DNA from: Nitrospira japonica
Lineage (GTDB): Bacteria > Nitrospirota > Thermodesulfovibrionia > Thermodesulfovibrionales > SM23-35
Assembly: GCA_020725385.1 (NCBI GenBank)
Contig: DYFC01000049.1
Coordinates: 1-39,737 of the forward strand
DNA length: 39,737 nt
Direction of reading: 5' to 3'
In this document: one piece after another, positions 38,675 to 39,737 of the stretch
How positions within the stretch are numbered: position 1 is the stretch's first letter
Layout of the letters: the number at the start of each line of letters is the position of its first letter
Program-made: the position numbers and the translations under genes
Notes under the pieces: generated by a model
Told to the model about the DNA's origin: nothing
Seen by the model: only the letters and a program-made list of their open reading frames with translations
The model's database searches: none

Positions 38675-39082
38675 TTATGCTTCAGCAGTTACTGCTATTT
38701 TCTTTGTTTTAGCAGCTTCTGCTTTCGGCAAGATTATTTTAAGAACCCCATTTTTTACTGTTGCCTGTATTTTCTCTCTATCGACCTCTTCGGTTAATGT
38801 AAAAACCCTTTTAAAATCTCCTATGCCATACTCACTAATATAAAGCGTATGCTTTTCAGGAACTAAAGGGTCAACCTTTCCATAGATGGTTAATTCATTT
38901 TTCTCAAGTGTAATATCAACAGATTTTTCATCAACACCCGGCATATCTGCAGTAAGAATAATATCGTCTTTTCTTTCAACAATATCAACATGTGGCATAT
39001 ATACTGTCACCGCTCTTGTGTGTTCACCTTTGTGTGGAGATTCAGCCTCTTTTTTCTGAATATCTTTTGTTGTATCTGACAT
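38675..39082 (-). CDS. Hsp20/alpha-crystallin small heat shock protein
   Basis: PHVDIVE, ADMPGV, F.R.F.L, ATVKNGVL, KIAV. Confidence 0.95.
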   Translation of the reverse strand: MSDTTKDIQKKEAESPHKGEHTRAVTVYMPHVDIVERKDDIILTADMPGVDEKSVDITLEKNELTIYGKVDPLVPEKHTLYISEYGIGDFKRVFTLTEEVDREKIQATVKNGVLKIILPKAEAAKTKKIAVTAEA

Positions 39083-39101
39083 ATTTTCTCACCTCCTAAA
39101 A

Positions 39102-39533
39102 TTATTCAGATTTTACAGTAATTTTTCTTGGTTTTTCAGCCTCGGCTCTCGGGAGTTTAATCTGTAAAACACCATTAATATATTTTGCTTCAACTTTACC
39201 GGATTCAATCGTAAAAGGCATCTCAATTGATTTTGTAAACTGGCCATGCCAGCGCTCCCTTCTGTGATATGTCTCTCCTTCCTTTAATTCTTCGGCTTGT
39301 CTTGAACCACGAATTGTTAACGTCTTATCAGCAACTGAAATATCAATGCTTTCAGGGTCAACTCCCGGAATCTCTGTTGTCAGAAGAGCTTCATCTGTTG
39401 AAACCCATACATTAACAGCAGGAAATTCGATGTCTGTAGAACTTGCCCATCTTGATAACGCTCGATGCATCCTGTCAAATTCTTTCCATGGATCAAAAGA
39501 CCAATCAAATCTCTCTAAATCTGACCAGAGCAT
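39102..39533 (-). CDS. Hsp20/alpha-crystallin small heat shock protein
   Basis: FPAVNVW, EIPGV, RRER..GQF, AKYINGVL, KITV. Confidence 0.95.
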   Translation of the reverse strand: MLWSDLERFDWSFDPWKEFDRMHRALSRWASSTDIEFPAVNVWVSTDEALLTTEIPGVDPESIDISVADKTLTIRGSRQAEELKEGETYHRRERWHGQFTKSIEMPFTIESGKVEAKYINGVLQIKLPRAEAEKPRKITVKSE

Positions 39534-39587
39534 TTTCTTGTACCTCCTTTTTGAAATATTTTGAATTTTTATTTATATTTCATCTAA

Positions 39588-39614
39588 TTAGCGCTCTCAA
39601 TCTTAGAGTGCTAA
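39588..39614 (-). promoter_or_regulatory. CIRCE operator (HrcA binding site)
   Basis: Minus strand reads TTAGCACTC-N9-GAGCGCTAA (one mismatch to consensus), upstream of the hsp20 cluster. Confidence 0.93.
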
Positions 39615-39623
39615 TTAGATTTT

Positions 39624-39651
39624 ATTATACCAAAAAAAATATTTTTGTCAA
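39624..39651 (-). promoter_or_regulatory. Sigma70 promoter of the hsp20 operon
   Basis: Minus strand TTGACA-16 bp-TATAAT with TG extension (TGGTATAAT), immediately upstream of CIRCE. Confidence 0.8.
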
Positions 39652-39737
39652 TAGCCCGAATTGCCTCATCAAAAATCTAACTGAAAATGATTCATTGCCT
39701 CATTTAAAAATCTAAATGAAATAGAAAGACATTACAA

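Noticed and set aside
39443-39715. 90-aa plus-strand ORF at the window end
   Set aside because: Spans the hsp20 start, CIRCE and promoter; low-complexity translation.

Overview
AT-rich (roughly one-third GC) bacterial chromosome segment. Gene content and style suggest an anaerobic sulfur-cycling Nitrospirota (Thermodesulfovibrionia-like) or Desulfobacterota organism; this is inference only. About 40 CDSs; no rRNA, tRNA, CRISPR array or intact mobile element recognised. (1) 1-5.2 kb: sulfur-relay-like island with a DUF1641-like protein carrying 58-aa tandem repeats (missed by the ORF track), an SQR-like flavoprotein, an orphan 2x[2Fe-2S] protein, two atypical TusE/DsrC proteins flanking a radical SAM gene, and an MBL-fold hydrolase. 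(2) Housekeeping and stress genes: ogg, degQ-like, Sfp-type PPTase, nnr, ldh-like, rodZ, slyD-like, ribD, pgm, obgE, rpmA, rplU, dnaB, rplI, and three hsp20 genes under a CIRCE operator. (3) A dense c-di-GMP set: MshEN-PilT fusion, PilZ-DUF4388-J-TPR, CheY-CheC-PAS3-GGDEF, REC-HD-GYP, a HEAT/HD-GYP pair sharing an N-terminal domain I cannot name, and a tandem PilZ protein. Most notable items: a C-terminally truncated CysRS paralogue with a remodelled Zn/cysteine pocket, the sulfur island, the HEAT + HD-GYP paralogous-domain pair, the MshEN-bearing retraction ATPase and a secreted triheme cytochrome.
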